A stretch of 33,584 nt of DNA from an uncultured Acetobacter sp. (GCA_964599945.1 CAZRHI010000003.1:1-33584), one strand, 5' to 3'; positions 8,473 to 17,444 are shown, numbered from the stretch's first letter. Translations and numbers: made by a program. Notes: generated by a model not told the origin, from the sequence alone.

Positions 8473-9408
8473 TTATAACCTTTTCCGTTTCATAACGTCA
8501 AATAGTTCAATAATTTTCTTAGCTTGTCCACGGCTACTCCACCCACCAGCTAATTGTTGGAGAGTCTTTTTCCGTTCCATTACTTGAGCAACATCAGCAA
8601 GCAATGCGTCATACATAGGCCTAAATTCCTCAGGACTATGATACATCGGAACAACATCGCCAAATAGTTTTTCTATGGCAGAGTTATAGCGCACAAAAGG
8701 CAAGCCACCATGCTCAATAATTTTGATAATTTGCGCAGGCATGATTTCTTCAGCAATATCTTTTTCATCTTGGTCAACCAATATAAGAGAATAATTAGTA
8801 TAATCCGAATAAAGTGGTTCAGCTCCTATAATTTCATCAGCAGGCCACATGGTTTCAAAACCTCTACCAAAAACATCAAGGCTCAACTGTTCATTACCCG
8901 CAAGAAATAAAGAAAGAGAAGGGACAGCACTCGAGCCAAAAAACATCGCTTTCCCGTTAGGAACACGAATATCCATATCCTCAAGGTTGATTGCCTCAGG
9001 AATGTAAGCCGTGCGAACGTTAATTGCCTTAAGATAAAGAAAAGGAGGCATATTTTTTGTAATAATAACGTCAAAAGGTCTTAAAAGTTCTGGATTAGTA
9101 TCGTTTTCCAATCTATCAACCCATAAAAAGTTAATGGCATCACTATCAATAACTTGAGGTAATTTTTGATTGTTTAGTGCGGTATAAACATTATATTGCC
9201 CACTCTGAGGGGAATGACTTTTTGATAACACAACATGTTTACCCTCTTGTTCTAAAAAGGTCTTTAATTTCTGTAAGAGAGAAAAAGACGAATTATTATA
9301 GGCGTTAAGGTAAATTGTATCATCTTTGCCTAGAGAGGTCTTTTTTAAATAAACACCTCCACCAATAACGAGCAACAAAACAACAATCGTCAAAAGAATT
9401 TTTTTCAT
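8473..9408 (-). CDS. membrane-anchored or exported protein carrying a diverged CgeB-like (Glyco_trans_1_2-like) module
   Basis: It has an N-terminal hydrophobic anchor (MKKILLTIVVLLLVIGGGVYL). The remainder is collinear with each half of the upstream 666-aa protein. FDVIITKN..YLKAINVRTAYIPEA matches FDLIAVSS..YLKEIEKLGIKTIFAPQF. VFGRGF matches LFGNGW. LILVDQ...MPAQIIKIIEHGGLPFV....IEKLFGDVVPMYHSPEEF matches IVLND...ISNRVFDVTASGGFLISDY..VEQFYGDSIPMFKTKEEL. Its ATG overlaps the upstream stop as ATGA (9405-9408). Confidence 0.5.
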   Translation of the reverse strand: MKKILLTIVVLLLVIGGGVYLKKTSLGKDDTIYLNAYNNSSFSLLQKLKTFLEQEGKHVVLSKSHSPQSGQYNVYTALNNQKLPQVIDSDAINFLWVDRLENDTNPELLRPFDVIITKNMPPFLYLKAINVRTAYIPEAINLEDMDIRVPNGKAMFFGSSAVPSLSLFLAGNEQLSLDVFGRGFETMWPADEIIGAEPLYSDYTNYSLILVDQDEKDIAEEIMPAQIIKIIEHGGLPFVRYNSAIEKLFGDVVPMYHSPEEFRPMYDALLADVAQVMERKKTLQQLAGGWSSRGQAKKIIELFDVMKRKRL

Positions 9409-11405
9409 TTTTTTTCCTCATGTACTAAGTCGAAGAGATTTTTAAATTTACGCCCCAAAATAGTGTTTGTATATCCATTAAGCGTAATTTTTTGAGCTTG
9501 TTGAGCCTTTTTTGCCCTTTCTTCAGGATGTGCTAAATAATAATCAACAAGCCTCTTAAACTCTTCTTTGTTTTTAAACATCGGAATACTATCTCCGAAA
9601 ATCTCTTCAATATATGGGCTATAAGCCGAAATCACAAAAGCACTAGTTGCCGTAGTATCATACAAACGGTTAATAACAAGTCCTAGCTCAGATAAATCTT
9701 TTGCTTGGTCGTTTAAGACAATCTTTGCAGAGGAGTAATATCTGTTAAGTTCTGTATTATCAATAAAGTTACCTTTCCAATATTTTTCAGGAATTTTATT
9801 TTGCCAGTTAAATCCAAAAACAGAAATATCATAGCCATATTCAACCGCATAGCGAACACTTACGCGTTCATACCAATAAGAGCCAACAAAAAGTAAATCT
9901 GTCTTAAAACGCTCTTCTGGGTTATAGCTAAATTTTTCAGGGTTAGTAAATTGTGGCGCAAAAGCGGTTTTATATCCTCTTTTCTTTAGTTCTTGAAACA
10001 TAACTTTCGCAGGTGTCGCAATCAGGTCAAAAAATTCAAGTTGATTGTTCAAATAAGCATCAGTGTTGTAAATAAGATAATCTTTAGTGTTTCTAAATTT
10101 ACCACGCTCTGGAATAAACGTCGGAAAATATAAATACATCAATCTAGATTTGTCATCATCTTCAAAATCTATATGATTATATTTAAACTGCATATAAAGC
10201 AAATTGCGAGCGTTATCATAAAAGGCATCTTTATCAAATTTTTTCTTATAGTAATATTCTTTAACATCAAATCCATTGTTTTTAAGCCCAGCCACTAAAT
10301 CTTTACCTAACCAATAATCTCCAATATCAATAGAATACTGTTCCCAAGGTAATTTGACCGCAACTTTTGAGCTATCAAGTTTTGCAGATGTATCTTTTTT
10401 ATGAATACTATCAACTGCTTCTAAAATTTGTTTGGCGACAACACGATTGGTAAAATATTTTAATGTAATTTGTTGAGCTTTTAATGTCTTTGCTTTGCGC
10501 TCTTCTGGATGATTAAGATAATAAGTTAATAATTGAGCCAATTCTTCTTTTGTTTTAAACATCGGAATACTATCGCCATAAAATTGTTCAACTTCTGGCA
10601 TATAATCAGAAATCAAAAATCCCCCACTTGCAGTAACATCAAAAACACGATTGCTGATAAAACCATCTTTTTTCATATCTTCCCGAGTGTCGTTTAACAC
10701 AATTTTTGCCGAGGAATAATATTTATGCAATTCATTATTATCAATATATTCGCCTTTAAAAAATTGTTCAGGGGCTTTGTCTTGCCAACCATTTCCAAAA
10801 AGAGCAACTTCAAACCCACTTTCAATCGCCCATTTTGCACTAATTCGCTCATACCCAGGTCTTCCCACAAATAAAATATCGTAGGCTACATTCCCGTCAT
10901 ATTCATAAAAGAACTTTCTAGGGTTAGTAAACTGTGGTGCAAAAATTGTTTTAATACCTAGTTTCTCAATTTCTTTAAGATATGTTGGGGAAGATACAGC
11001 AATCAAATCAAAATCCCAAAGCTCTGTTTGAAGTGAATACCAATCAGGCTCAAAAAATCCTTTTAGGTTTTTGTATTTATGTGATTGCGCCGTTTCTAGA
11101 GGATAATACAAATACAAAACTTTCTTTTTAGAATCATCTTTCGGTGGGTTAAACGGCACAAACCCATGCATATAAACATCAATTTTGCTCTGATGACTAT
11201 TCTGAGGATAATAATTTCCAATATATGCTGGCTGAACTGTTAAGTCAAAACTTTCAAATCCTTCTTTTAAGTCTTGCCCTAAAATATAGTCGCCCCACGC
11301 ATACCAATTTTTTTCGGATGAAATTTTTAATCCAATATCAGAAGCCCAAACAGAATGTGAAAGGGCAAAAAGTACAAGAGCAATAAATTTTAGATGCTTA
11401 ACCAT
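9405..11405 (-). CDS. secreted tandem-duplicated CgeB-family glycosyltransferase-like protein (two Glyco_trans_1_2-like modules)
   Basis: It has a Sec-type signal peptide, MVKHLKFIALVLFALSHSVWA/SD. Two collinear modules of about 325 aa are offset by exactly 327 aa: FAPQFTNP at aa 155 and 482, and GDSIPMFK at aa 277 and 604. Each ends with the PF13524-like pattern AKIVLND....NR.(F/Y)D.TA...F.IS.Y......FGDSIPMFK.KEE....YYL.HPEER. Confidence 0.7.
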   Translation of the reverse strand: MVKHLKFIALVLFALSHSVWASDIGLKISSEKNWYAWGDYILGQDLKEGFESFDLTVQPAYIGNYYPQNSHQSKIDVYMHGFVPFNPPKDDSKKKVLYLYYPLETAQSHKYKNLKGFFEPDWYSLQTELWDFDLIAVSSPTYLKEIEKLGIKTIFAPQFTNPRKFFYEYDGNVAYDILFVGRPGYERISAKWAIESGFEVALFGNGWQDKAPEQFFKGEYIDNNELHKYYSSAKIVLNDTREDMKKDGFISNRVFDVTASGGFLISDYMPEVEQFYGDSIPMFKTKEELAQLLTYYLNHPEERKAKTLKAQQITLKYFTNRVVAKQILEAVDSIHKKDTSAKLDSSKVAVKLPWEQYSIDIGDYWLGKDLVAGLKNNGFDVKEYYYKKKFDKDAFYDNARNLLYMQFKYNHIDFEDDDKSRLMYLYFPTFIPERGKFRNTKDYLIYNTDAYLNNQLEFFDLIATPAKVMFQELKKRGYKTAFAPQFTNPEKFSYNPEERFKTDLLFVGSYWYERVSVRYAVEYGYDISVFGFNWQNKIPEKYWKGNFIDNTELNRYYSSAKIVLNDQAKDLSELGLVINRLYDTTATSAFVISAYSPYIEEIFGDSIPMFKNKEEFKRLVDYYLAHPEERAKKAQQAQKITLNGYTNTILGRKFKNLFDLVHEEKK
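9408..11342 (-). repeat. intragenic tandem duplication (module 1 at 10371-11342, module 2 at 9408-10370)
   Basis: The DNA keeps islands of identity offset by 981 nt. For example, tttaaacatcggaatactatc occurs at 9573-9593 and at 10554-10574. The protein modules are collinear throughout. Confidence 0.8.
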
Positions 11406-11407
11406 GC

Positions 11408-12787
11408 TTATTTCTTTTCATCACTAACGTTCATAAGCCATAACCCGTTTTTAACATTGTACTTATAAATTTTATAAATAAAATAAACACCAACAGGAAT
11501 AAACACTAACGCATATATCCAGAAAATATCAATAACGTGTATCCTGCTAAATCCACCTTCATTTTTAAGCAAAAACTTAGGCGACATCAACATCAAAGAG
11601 GTGAGCAATCTTCCAATCATCATATTCACCGAAGAGGAAAGAGAACGGATTTTGGGGTTAATGAGTCTATGAAGCCGACTTATATGTGATATGGTAAACA
11701 TTAACTGAATGCCAATGCACACACATAAAAAGATAATAAATAGAAAACATTGCAGCGGGGTAATCTGTCCAGCTTTCATGAAAGCAAAAGAGAGCGCGCA
11801 CCCGATAATCTCCATCGCAAAAGAAATATTGCCAAGGCTAAAAAGCGAAATATGCTTAGCAACAGAAGCAGCAAAATAACTAAACGATGAGCGAAGGAGG
11901 TTATTGATAAAAATAACCACACCCATAACCTTGATATAATCAAGCCAGTCAAGACTTAAAATGTAATTCCAAACCGTTTCGCCAAACACGCGTGCGTCCC
12001 AACCGATAGAATCCGCAAAGTCGGTAAGAGATACCGAAGGGTTGATACCAGTGCTTTTCATCAATGGCTGAAAGCTCCAAAAGAAAAAGTGTGAAACCCC
12101 AACCATAAACCCTGAAAACAATACCAAATAGCAATATTTACGGGACTTCAAAATATAGCGTACCGCTACCCAAAACTTTTTCAAACGTTCCTTAACCCCA
12201 ATAACCGTGTTTTTAACAGGAGTATGCGCATTCGGTAAGAAAGAAAGCAAAACAATCGCTGTTGAATAAATAACAAATTCCGCAATCAGCAAAACATGAG
12301 AGCCAAATTTAGTATAAAGCCCAGCACCTAATAACGCAGCGATTCCCGTTCCGATATACATTGCTGCATTAAAGTTTGAATATGCTTTAACCATCTTCTT
12401 TTCTTCGCCGTTTTTCTTTAAGATGTCATAAATAAAAGATGAAGAAACCGAATCAAAACAAGCCTTTGAACAAGCGTAAAAAAATTCACCAATTAAAATA
12501 ATCTCGAAACCACGAAAGAAAATCCACAAAAATAAGCGTCCTAAAAATAAACTGTACGCGGTAATAAGGATATACTTACGAGGGAAAATATCTCCCAAAT
12601 ATCCAGCAGGAATTTCAAATAAAAATGCAAAAAAAACAATTAACCCCTGAATGAGGTAAAAGTCTCCAACAGACAATCCATTTTCTTGATAAAAAAACAA
12701 TAAAACAGGCAACAAAAACAACTGCGACCGCAAAAACGCCGCTATATTATACATGCTCAATGGCACAAAAGATACAAATTTATTCAT
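11408..12787 (-). CDS. MFS-type transporter
   Basis: 459 aa with about 12 hydrophobic spans. An MFS motif-A-like GYLGDIFPRKY follows the second span. Its stop lies 2 nt from the ATG of the downstream CgeB-like gene, so it is the first gene of the minus-strand operon. Confidence 0.75.
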   Translation of the reverse strand: MNKFVSFVPLSMYNIAAFLRSQLFLLPVLLFFYQENGLSVGDFYLIQGLIVFFAFLFEIPAGYLGDIFPRKYILITAYSLFLGRLFLWIFFRGFEIILIGEFFYACSKACFDSVSSSFIYDILKKNGEEKKMVKAYSNFNAAMYIGTGIAALLGAGLYTKFGSHVLLIAEFVIYSTAIVLLSFLPNAHTPVKNTVIGVKERLKKFWVAVRYILKSRKYCYLVLFSGFMVGVSHFFFWSFQPLMKSTGINPSVSLTDFADSIGWDARVFGETVWNYILSLDWLDYIKVMGVVIFINNLLRSSFSYFAASVAKHISLFSLGNISFAMEIIGCALSFAFMKAGQITPLQCFLFIIFLCVCIGIQLMFTISHISRLHRLINPKIRSLSSSVNMMIGRLLTSLMLMSPKFLLKNEGGFSRIHVIDIFWIYALVFIPVGVYFIYKIYKYNVKNGLWLMNVSDEKK

Positions 12788-12909
12788 AATCCAAACTTTT
12801 CCATAATGAAACTTATTTTATCATAGAATAACTTATCTTATTTGTCTTGTGTTATTCTCAAGTTGTTATAGTATAATTTAAAATATTAAAAACTTTTTAA
12901 GAGGAACTA

Positions 12910-13356
12910 ATGGAAAAAGGACGTTATAATAACGAGGATAAAGCGTTTATGTGTTTAACAAACCAATCTCGCAATGCTTCACGAATAAAGGAATTGATAA
13001 ATTTTATAAAGCTTAATGGCTATCAAAAAATAGGCATAGCTAACTGCTTTTCTGTTAATCCTATTGCTGAAAAACTAAAAGAAATGCTAGAAGCCGAGGG
13101 CCTAACCGCCGTGTCTGTACATTGTAAAGAATCAGGGTTAGAAGCCTCCGAGCTTTCCGAAACCATGACAGGTGCCTCGTGTGATCCGATGTCGCAAGCC
13201 CAATACTTAAATGCTTCAATGACAGATTTAAACATAAACTTCGGCTTGTGCTTGGGGCATGGTCTACTATTTCAAAAATACTCTAACGCTCCCGTAACCA
13301 CCTTGCTCGTCAAAGACGCCTGCCACAAACACAATATAATGGAAAATTTTGCTTAA
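12910..13356 (+). CDS. Cys-rich putative metal-binding protein, DUF1847-like
   Basis: AGAGGA SD precedes the start. As I recall the family, DUF1847 has the pattern CDP..QA..LN....DLNI..GLC.GHD.LF.KYS.APVTTL..KD. Here I read SCDPMSQAQYLNASMTDLNINFGLCLGHGLLFQKYSNAPVTTLLVKD. The call rests on motif memory only. Confidence 0.45.
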   Translation: MEKGRYNNEDKAFMCLTNQSRNASRIKELINFIKLNGYQKIGIANCFSVNPIAEKLKEMLEAEGLTAVSVHCKESGLEASELSETMTGASCDPMSQAQYLNASMTDLNINFGLCLGHGLLFQKYSNAPVTTLLVKDACHKHNIMENFA

Positions 13357-14386
13357 AAACATGAAAAAGATATTTCAAGCCATAGTTTTAATTCTCATAA
13401 TAGTTATTGCTACGATAGTTCTTTGTATCCAGCAAAAAACATATTACCTTAGCATCGGAGCAATTATGAAAAACGAAAAGCCGTATTTAAAAGAATGGTT
13501 GGAATATCATCTTATGCAAGGTGTGGAGCATTTTTACCTTTGTGATAATGACAGTACCGATGGAACGAAAGAATATCTTGAGCCATATATCAAAAATGGC
13601 ACCATAACATACATCAAACAATCAGGTATAAACCAACAACTAAAGTGCTATGAAAAAATTGTTACCAAATATAAAAATGAAACAAAGTGGTTGGCTCTAA
13701 TAGACTTAGATGAATACCTCGTCCCATTGCAAAAATCAACTATGCGTGCTTTTCTAAAAGAATTTGAAGATGTTTCAGAGGTTAGCCTAAACTGGATGAA
13801 TTACGGAGATTCGGAAGCCATTTCCCGCCCGTCTGGCTTAATTACAGAATTTTTCACTTCTCATAGTCGAGCCTTAAACCATACTGTAAAATCAATCGTC
13901 CGTCCCGAAAAGGTCATAGATTTTTCGCTATTTGGTGCAAATCATTATACACGAGTTGACGGCTTAAGTGTAAACGAATACCATAAACCAGTTTCGTTTA
14001 TGCTAAACTTTAATATCTCAGCAGATAAAGCACGCGTTAATCACTATATCTTAAAAAGTTTCGCCGAGTTTTTATATAAAAAGGGCAGGGGACACCCAGA
14101 GGGAACAGCGATAGATTATGAGTATTATTTCTTCCATAATGACAACGAGGTAAAAAACGATACGACAATGTTGCGTTTTTTGCCAAAGTTGAAAAAAAGA
14201 ATGAGAAAAAGTCCACTGACAGATGTTCCCGTTCCAACAGTTGCAAATCTTCCAGCCTCGCGTGATGATATAATCTTTACTGCTAAAGAAGCTTCTAACG
14301 TTTTAGGAAGAGAAGTTAATACTTCGATGACTTATAAAGAACTAGAAAAAGTCTATAAAAACCGCCACCCACAATATAAAAAATAA
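13349..14386 (+). CDS. membrane-anchored glycosyltransferase (Glyco_tranf_2_4 / GT92-like fold)
   Basis: It has an N-terminal TM segment (IFQAIVLILIIVIATIVLCI). This is followed by the typical KNEKPYLKEWLEYHLMQGVEHFYLCDNDSTDGT..YL.PY and then LIDLDEY (DxD-like). The start is ambiguous: ATG 13349 overlaps the upstream gene by 8 nt, and ATG 13361 lies 4 nt after that gene's stop. Confidence 0.7.
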   Translation: MLKNMKKIFQAIVLILIIVIATIVLCIQQKTYYLSIGAIMKNEKPYLKEWLEYHLMQGVEHFYLCDNDSTDGTKEYLEPYIKNGTITYIKQSGINQQLKCYEKIVTKYKNETKWLALIDLDEYLVPLQKSTMRAFLKEFEDVSEVSLNWMNYGDSEAISRPSGLITEFFTSHSRALNHTVKSIVRPEKVIDFSLFGANHYTRVDGLSVNEYHKPVSFMLNFNISADKARVNHYILKSFAEFLYKKGRGHPEGTAIDYEYYFFHNDNEVKNDTTMLRFLPKLKKRMRKSPLTDVPVPTVANLPASRDDIIFTAKEASNVLGREVNTSMTYKELEKVYKNRHPQYKK

Positions 14387-14395
14387 GGCAAACAA

Positions 14396-16219
14396 ATGAT
14401 AAAGCTCGAAAATATAACCGTTCAAATCGCCTCGAAAATTTTATTAGAAAATGCTTCCGCACAGATTGCCGATGGTGCGAAAATCGGTATCTTAGGGGCA
14501 AACGGTTGTGGCAAAACCACACTATTTAAAGTCTTAAAGGGCGAGCATGATATAAACACTGGCGAGTTGATAATTCCTAAAAAACAGCTCAAAGCGTTTG
14601 CAGAGCAAGAGATTAAAGAAGAAGACCTGCAAAAGCCGATTCTCGAATATGTGCTAAGCAAAGATAAACGCTTAACAGAGCTTAAACAAAAAGAAGAAAA
14701 AGCTACTCCCGAAGAACTACCTGAGATTATGGAGCAACTTCTACAAATAGATGCCTATTCGGCAGAGGCGCGAACGGCAGAAATCTTATCAGGATTAGGG
14801 TTTAATACAGAAGATTTATCTCGCCCAGTCAAAGATTTTTCAGGTGGGTGGCAAATGCGTCTAAACTTGGCAGGTGCGTTGTTCCAAGCCTCGGATATTC
14901 TCTTTTTAGATGAGCCAACCAACCACCTTGATTTGGAAACAATCGTCTGGCTTGAAAGTTTCCTACAAAAATACAAAGGCACACTTTTGCTCATCAGCCA
15001 TGACCGCGATTTCTTAAACAATGTCTGCGGTGATATTCTACACTTTGAGGGTAAAAAACTTGTGCAGTATAGCGGGAATTATGATAATTTCGCACGCCAA
15101 TATGCTGAGAAAATCGAACTTGTCGGTAAGCAAATCAAAAAGCAAGCCGAACGAAAAGCGCACCTTCAATCGTATGTAGACCGTTTTCGTTATAAAGCAT
15201 CGAAAGCTCGTCAAGCGCAAAGCCGCATAAAAATGTTGGAAAAAATGGAAGATATCGCTGAGGTTGCACAAGATAAAGAAAGCCACTTTGCATTTCCTGA
15301 GGTTAAACCATTACCTTCACCGTTAATAAAGCTAGAAAACGCATCTGTTGGTTATGGTGATAAACCAGTGTTAAAAAAGCTAAATTTATACTTAAATCAA
15401 GATGACCGCATTGCTTTGTTAGGTAAAAATGGTAATGGTAAATCGACCTTTGTGAAAATGTTGTCAGACCATTTGCCGTTAATGGACGGCACAATGACCA
15501 AGTCCGCCAAGCTCAAAATCGGCTATTTCAACCAAAACCAAACAGAGGAACTGCCGTTAGAGAAAACCCCGACAGAATATATGTTATCACTCTTGCCTGA
15601 TAAGCCAGAAAAAATAATTCGCGCACATTTAGGCGCGTTTGGGCTAGAGCAGGAAAAAGCCGTTACTAAAATTTCGGAGTTATCTGGTGGCGAAAAAACA
15701 AGATTGCTCTTTGCTCGTATATCTATAGATACGCCCGAACTTCTGATTTTTGACGAACCAACAAACCACTTGGATATGGCAGGGCGTAATGCGCTAGCAG
15801 ATGCCATAAATGCCTACCAAGGTGCGGTTATTCTCATCTCGCACGATTTTCATTTGCTGGAAATGGTTGCAGATGATTTGTGGCTTGTCGATAATCATAC
15901 CTGCAAACCTTTTGACGGCAGTCTTGAAGATTACCGACGTTTCTTGCTAACTCCGATAGTAGAAGAACCCCAAAAGCCCACTCTCAAACAGAACAGAGAG
16001 GCAAAACCCAATAAACCAAACCGTAAAGAACGTGTGGCACTAAGGGAAATCGAGCAACAGCTTAATAAATTAGAACAGCAAAAAGAAACCATACTTGCCC
16101 AATTTGCTACGCAAACAGATGGACAAAAAATCGCCAGCCTTCAAAAAGAACTTCATGCAATAGAATTGCAAATTTCAGAAACCGAAGAAAAATGGCTAGA
16201 ACTAAGTGAAGAAATGTAA
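14396..16219 (+). CDS. ABC-F family ATPase (ribosome-associated type, Uup/YheS-like)
   Basis: It has two NBDs. The Walker A motifs are GANGCGKTT and GKNGNGKST. The signatures are FSGGWQMR and LSGGEKTR. The Walker B motifs are LFLDEPTNHLD and LIFDEPTNHLD. The ABC-F interdomain linker reads RFRYKASKARQAQSRIKMLEKM. There are no TM segments, and the C-terminus is a Lys/Glu-rich coiled coil. Confidence 0.9.
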   Translation: MIKLENITVQIASKILLENASAQIADGAKIGILGANGCGKTTLFKVLKGEHDINTGELIIPKKQLKAFAEQEIKEEDLQKPILEYVLSKDKRLTELKQKEEKATPEELPEIMEQLLQIDAYSAEARTAEILSGLGFNTEDLSRPVKDFSGGWQMRLNLAGALFQASDILFLDEPTNHLDLETIVWLESFLQKYKGTLLLISHDRDFLNNVCGDILHFEGKKLVQYSGNYDNFARQYAEKIELVGKQIKKQAERKAHLQSYVDRFRYKASKARQAQSRIKMLEKMEDIAEVAQDKESHFAFPEVKPLPSPLIKLENASVGYGDKPVLKKLNLYLNQDDRIALLGKNGNGKSTFVKMLSDHLPLMDGTMTKSAKLKIGYFNQNQTEELPLEKTPTEYMLSLLPDKPEKIIRAHLGAFGLEQEKAVTKISELSGGEKTRLLFARISIDTPELLIFDEPTNHLDMAGRNALADAINAYQGAVILISHDFHLLEMVADDLWLVDNHTCKPFDGSLEDYRRFLLTPIVEEPQKPTLKQNREAKPNKPNRKERVALREIEQQLNKLEQQKETILAQFATQTDGQKIASLQKELHAIELQISETEEKWLELSEEM

Positions 16220-16265
16220 GTGAAAAACATTTTTATATAAGCAGTATTCCAGTTTATTTTAAAAC

Positions 16266-16293
16266 TTGACAAAAAAGAAAAATAGGCTATATT
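16266..16293 (+). promoter_or_regulatory. sigma70-like promoter for the orphan gene
   Basis: TTGACA at 16266-16271, a 16-nt spacer, then TATATT at 16288-16293. It lies 45 nt upstream of ATG 16338. Confidence 0.5.
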
Positions 16294-16337
16294 GACGCCA
16301 AATTAAATCTTATTGTTTCATCTAAATTTTTATCTAT

Positions 16338-17387
16338 ATGTATTGTTGGAAAATCTTTAAATTTAGCAGACTTCTCACTCCGTCTGCATGGAAAAATCAG
16401 GATTGGAGAGATATCTTCACATATTTTTTCTGTGGTCTTTGTGGGGTAAGTATCGTAGTTTTCTCAAATGATGTCAACTATCCAGCTAATGAACCGAACT
16501 TTATGTTCATCGGTAACCTCATCTGGATTTGTGCGCTTTTTTCTATTATTGCAGAAACATTCTGGAGCGTATGCGGACCTACAAAGAGGTATAAGCTCAA
16601 TAATGGCAATACACGGCTCTTTGTTTACAAAAGCCAAACCCTCCATAAGCATGATTTGTTTGAACTGGTTGTTCATACAAAAGATGCCTCTTTCACTAAA
16701 TATGCCGAGGAATACAATGTGCCATATGTGGATAAAAGTGCCAACTGTTTTACATTCCGAGCCGCTGAAGACAATAATAGCGATTGGATAAGTTGTAATG
16801 TCCAAACTGGTCAAATCGAAGTTTTGGGCAATCGCTTAAATAAAATCCTATTTATCTCCTCAGAAAAGGATGGACGTCTTAACATTCTCATGATTGATGG
16901 TAGTGTGAAAAACTTAGAGTACGATTATATCGTTTATAATTCTTGTTATATCCCAAACGGAGCTAAGTTGCAAATACCACAAGATGTCAATAGTAGTTTC
17001 AAAAGCTTTCCTGATGAGTTTTTGTTTATCAAACATGGAAATGCTTACAAAACCTACAGTTTCTTCTTGAAAGATAACTACATCGGTTATAGCGAGGTTT
17101 TCATCAGTTCTGTCATCTTCCGCGAAGGAAAAGACCGCGTTTTGTTGGAGTTTGACGGCGAAAAGTATACGGAGTGCTTCCGAGCAGGCGAGCTAAGTCG
17201 TCGTCTGAATGATTATTTTCTTGAGCTGATAGATGACTACCGTGTGGGAGGAAAGGTCTATCATTATGACGCAAAGAAGAAAAGCCTTGATATCATCTAT
17301 GAAGGAAACTTCCGTAGTATAGAGTTTGATAACGGAGAGATTCTTGGTGATGATGGAAAAATCTATGGCAAAGATTACTCTTCATGA
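16338..17387 (+). CDS. orphan hypothetical membrane protein (two N-terminal TM helices plus a beta-rich soluble domain of about 260 aa)
   Basis: 349-aa ORF. The hydrophobic spans are IFTYFFCGLCGVSIVVF and FMFIGNLIWICALFSIIAETFW. I recognise no family motif. It is bracketed by its own promoter and terminator. There is no clear SD at 16338, so the start is uncertain. Confidence 0.55.
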   Translation: MYCWKIFKFSRLLTPSAWKNQDWRDIFTYFFCGLCGVSIVVFSNDVNYPANEPNFMFIGNLIWICALFSIIAETFWSVCGPTKRYKLNNGNTRLFVYKSQTLHKHDLFELVVHTKDASFTKYAEEYNVPYVDKSANCFTFRAAEDNNSDWISCNVQTGQIEVLGNRLNKILFISSEKDGRLNILMIDGSVKNLEYDYIVYNSCYIPNGAKLQIPQDVNSSFKSFPDEFLFIKHGNAYKTYSFFLKDNYIGYSEVFISSVIFREGKDRVLLEFDGEKYTECFRAGELSRRLNDYFLELIDDYRVGGKVYHYDAKKKSLDIIYEGNFRSIEFDNGEILGDDGKIYGKDYSS

Positions 17388-17390
17388 ATA

Positions 17391-17426
17391 AAAAACGCCC
17401 TTCATCTGAGAGGGGCGTTTTTTTAT
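17391..17426. terminator. bidirectional rho-independent terminator
   Basis: aaaAACGCCCtt(catctg)agGGGCGTTtttttt has an A-run 5' and a T-run 3'. It lies between the convergent stops at 17387 (+) and 17445 (-). Confidence 0.75.
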
Positions 17427-17444
17427 GCTCATTGATTAAAGCAA

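Noticed and set aside
12788-12909. Divergent promoter elements between the MFS operon and the DUF1847-like gene (TATAAT at 12872-12877).
   Set aside because: The -10 hexamer is perfect, but I found no acceptable -35 at 16-18 nt spacing. A/T-rich hexamers occur by chance throughout this region.
16464-16814. Overlapping ORFs on both strands (116 aa minus, 107 aa plus) inside the orphan gene.
   Set aside because: They are shorter than and nested within the 349-aa frame. They have no start context and no recognisable features. They are most likely chance ORFs, although the true start of the orphan gene remains uncertain.
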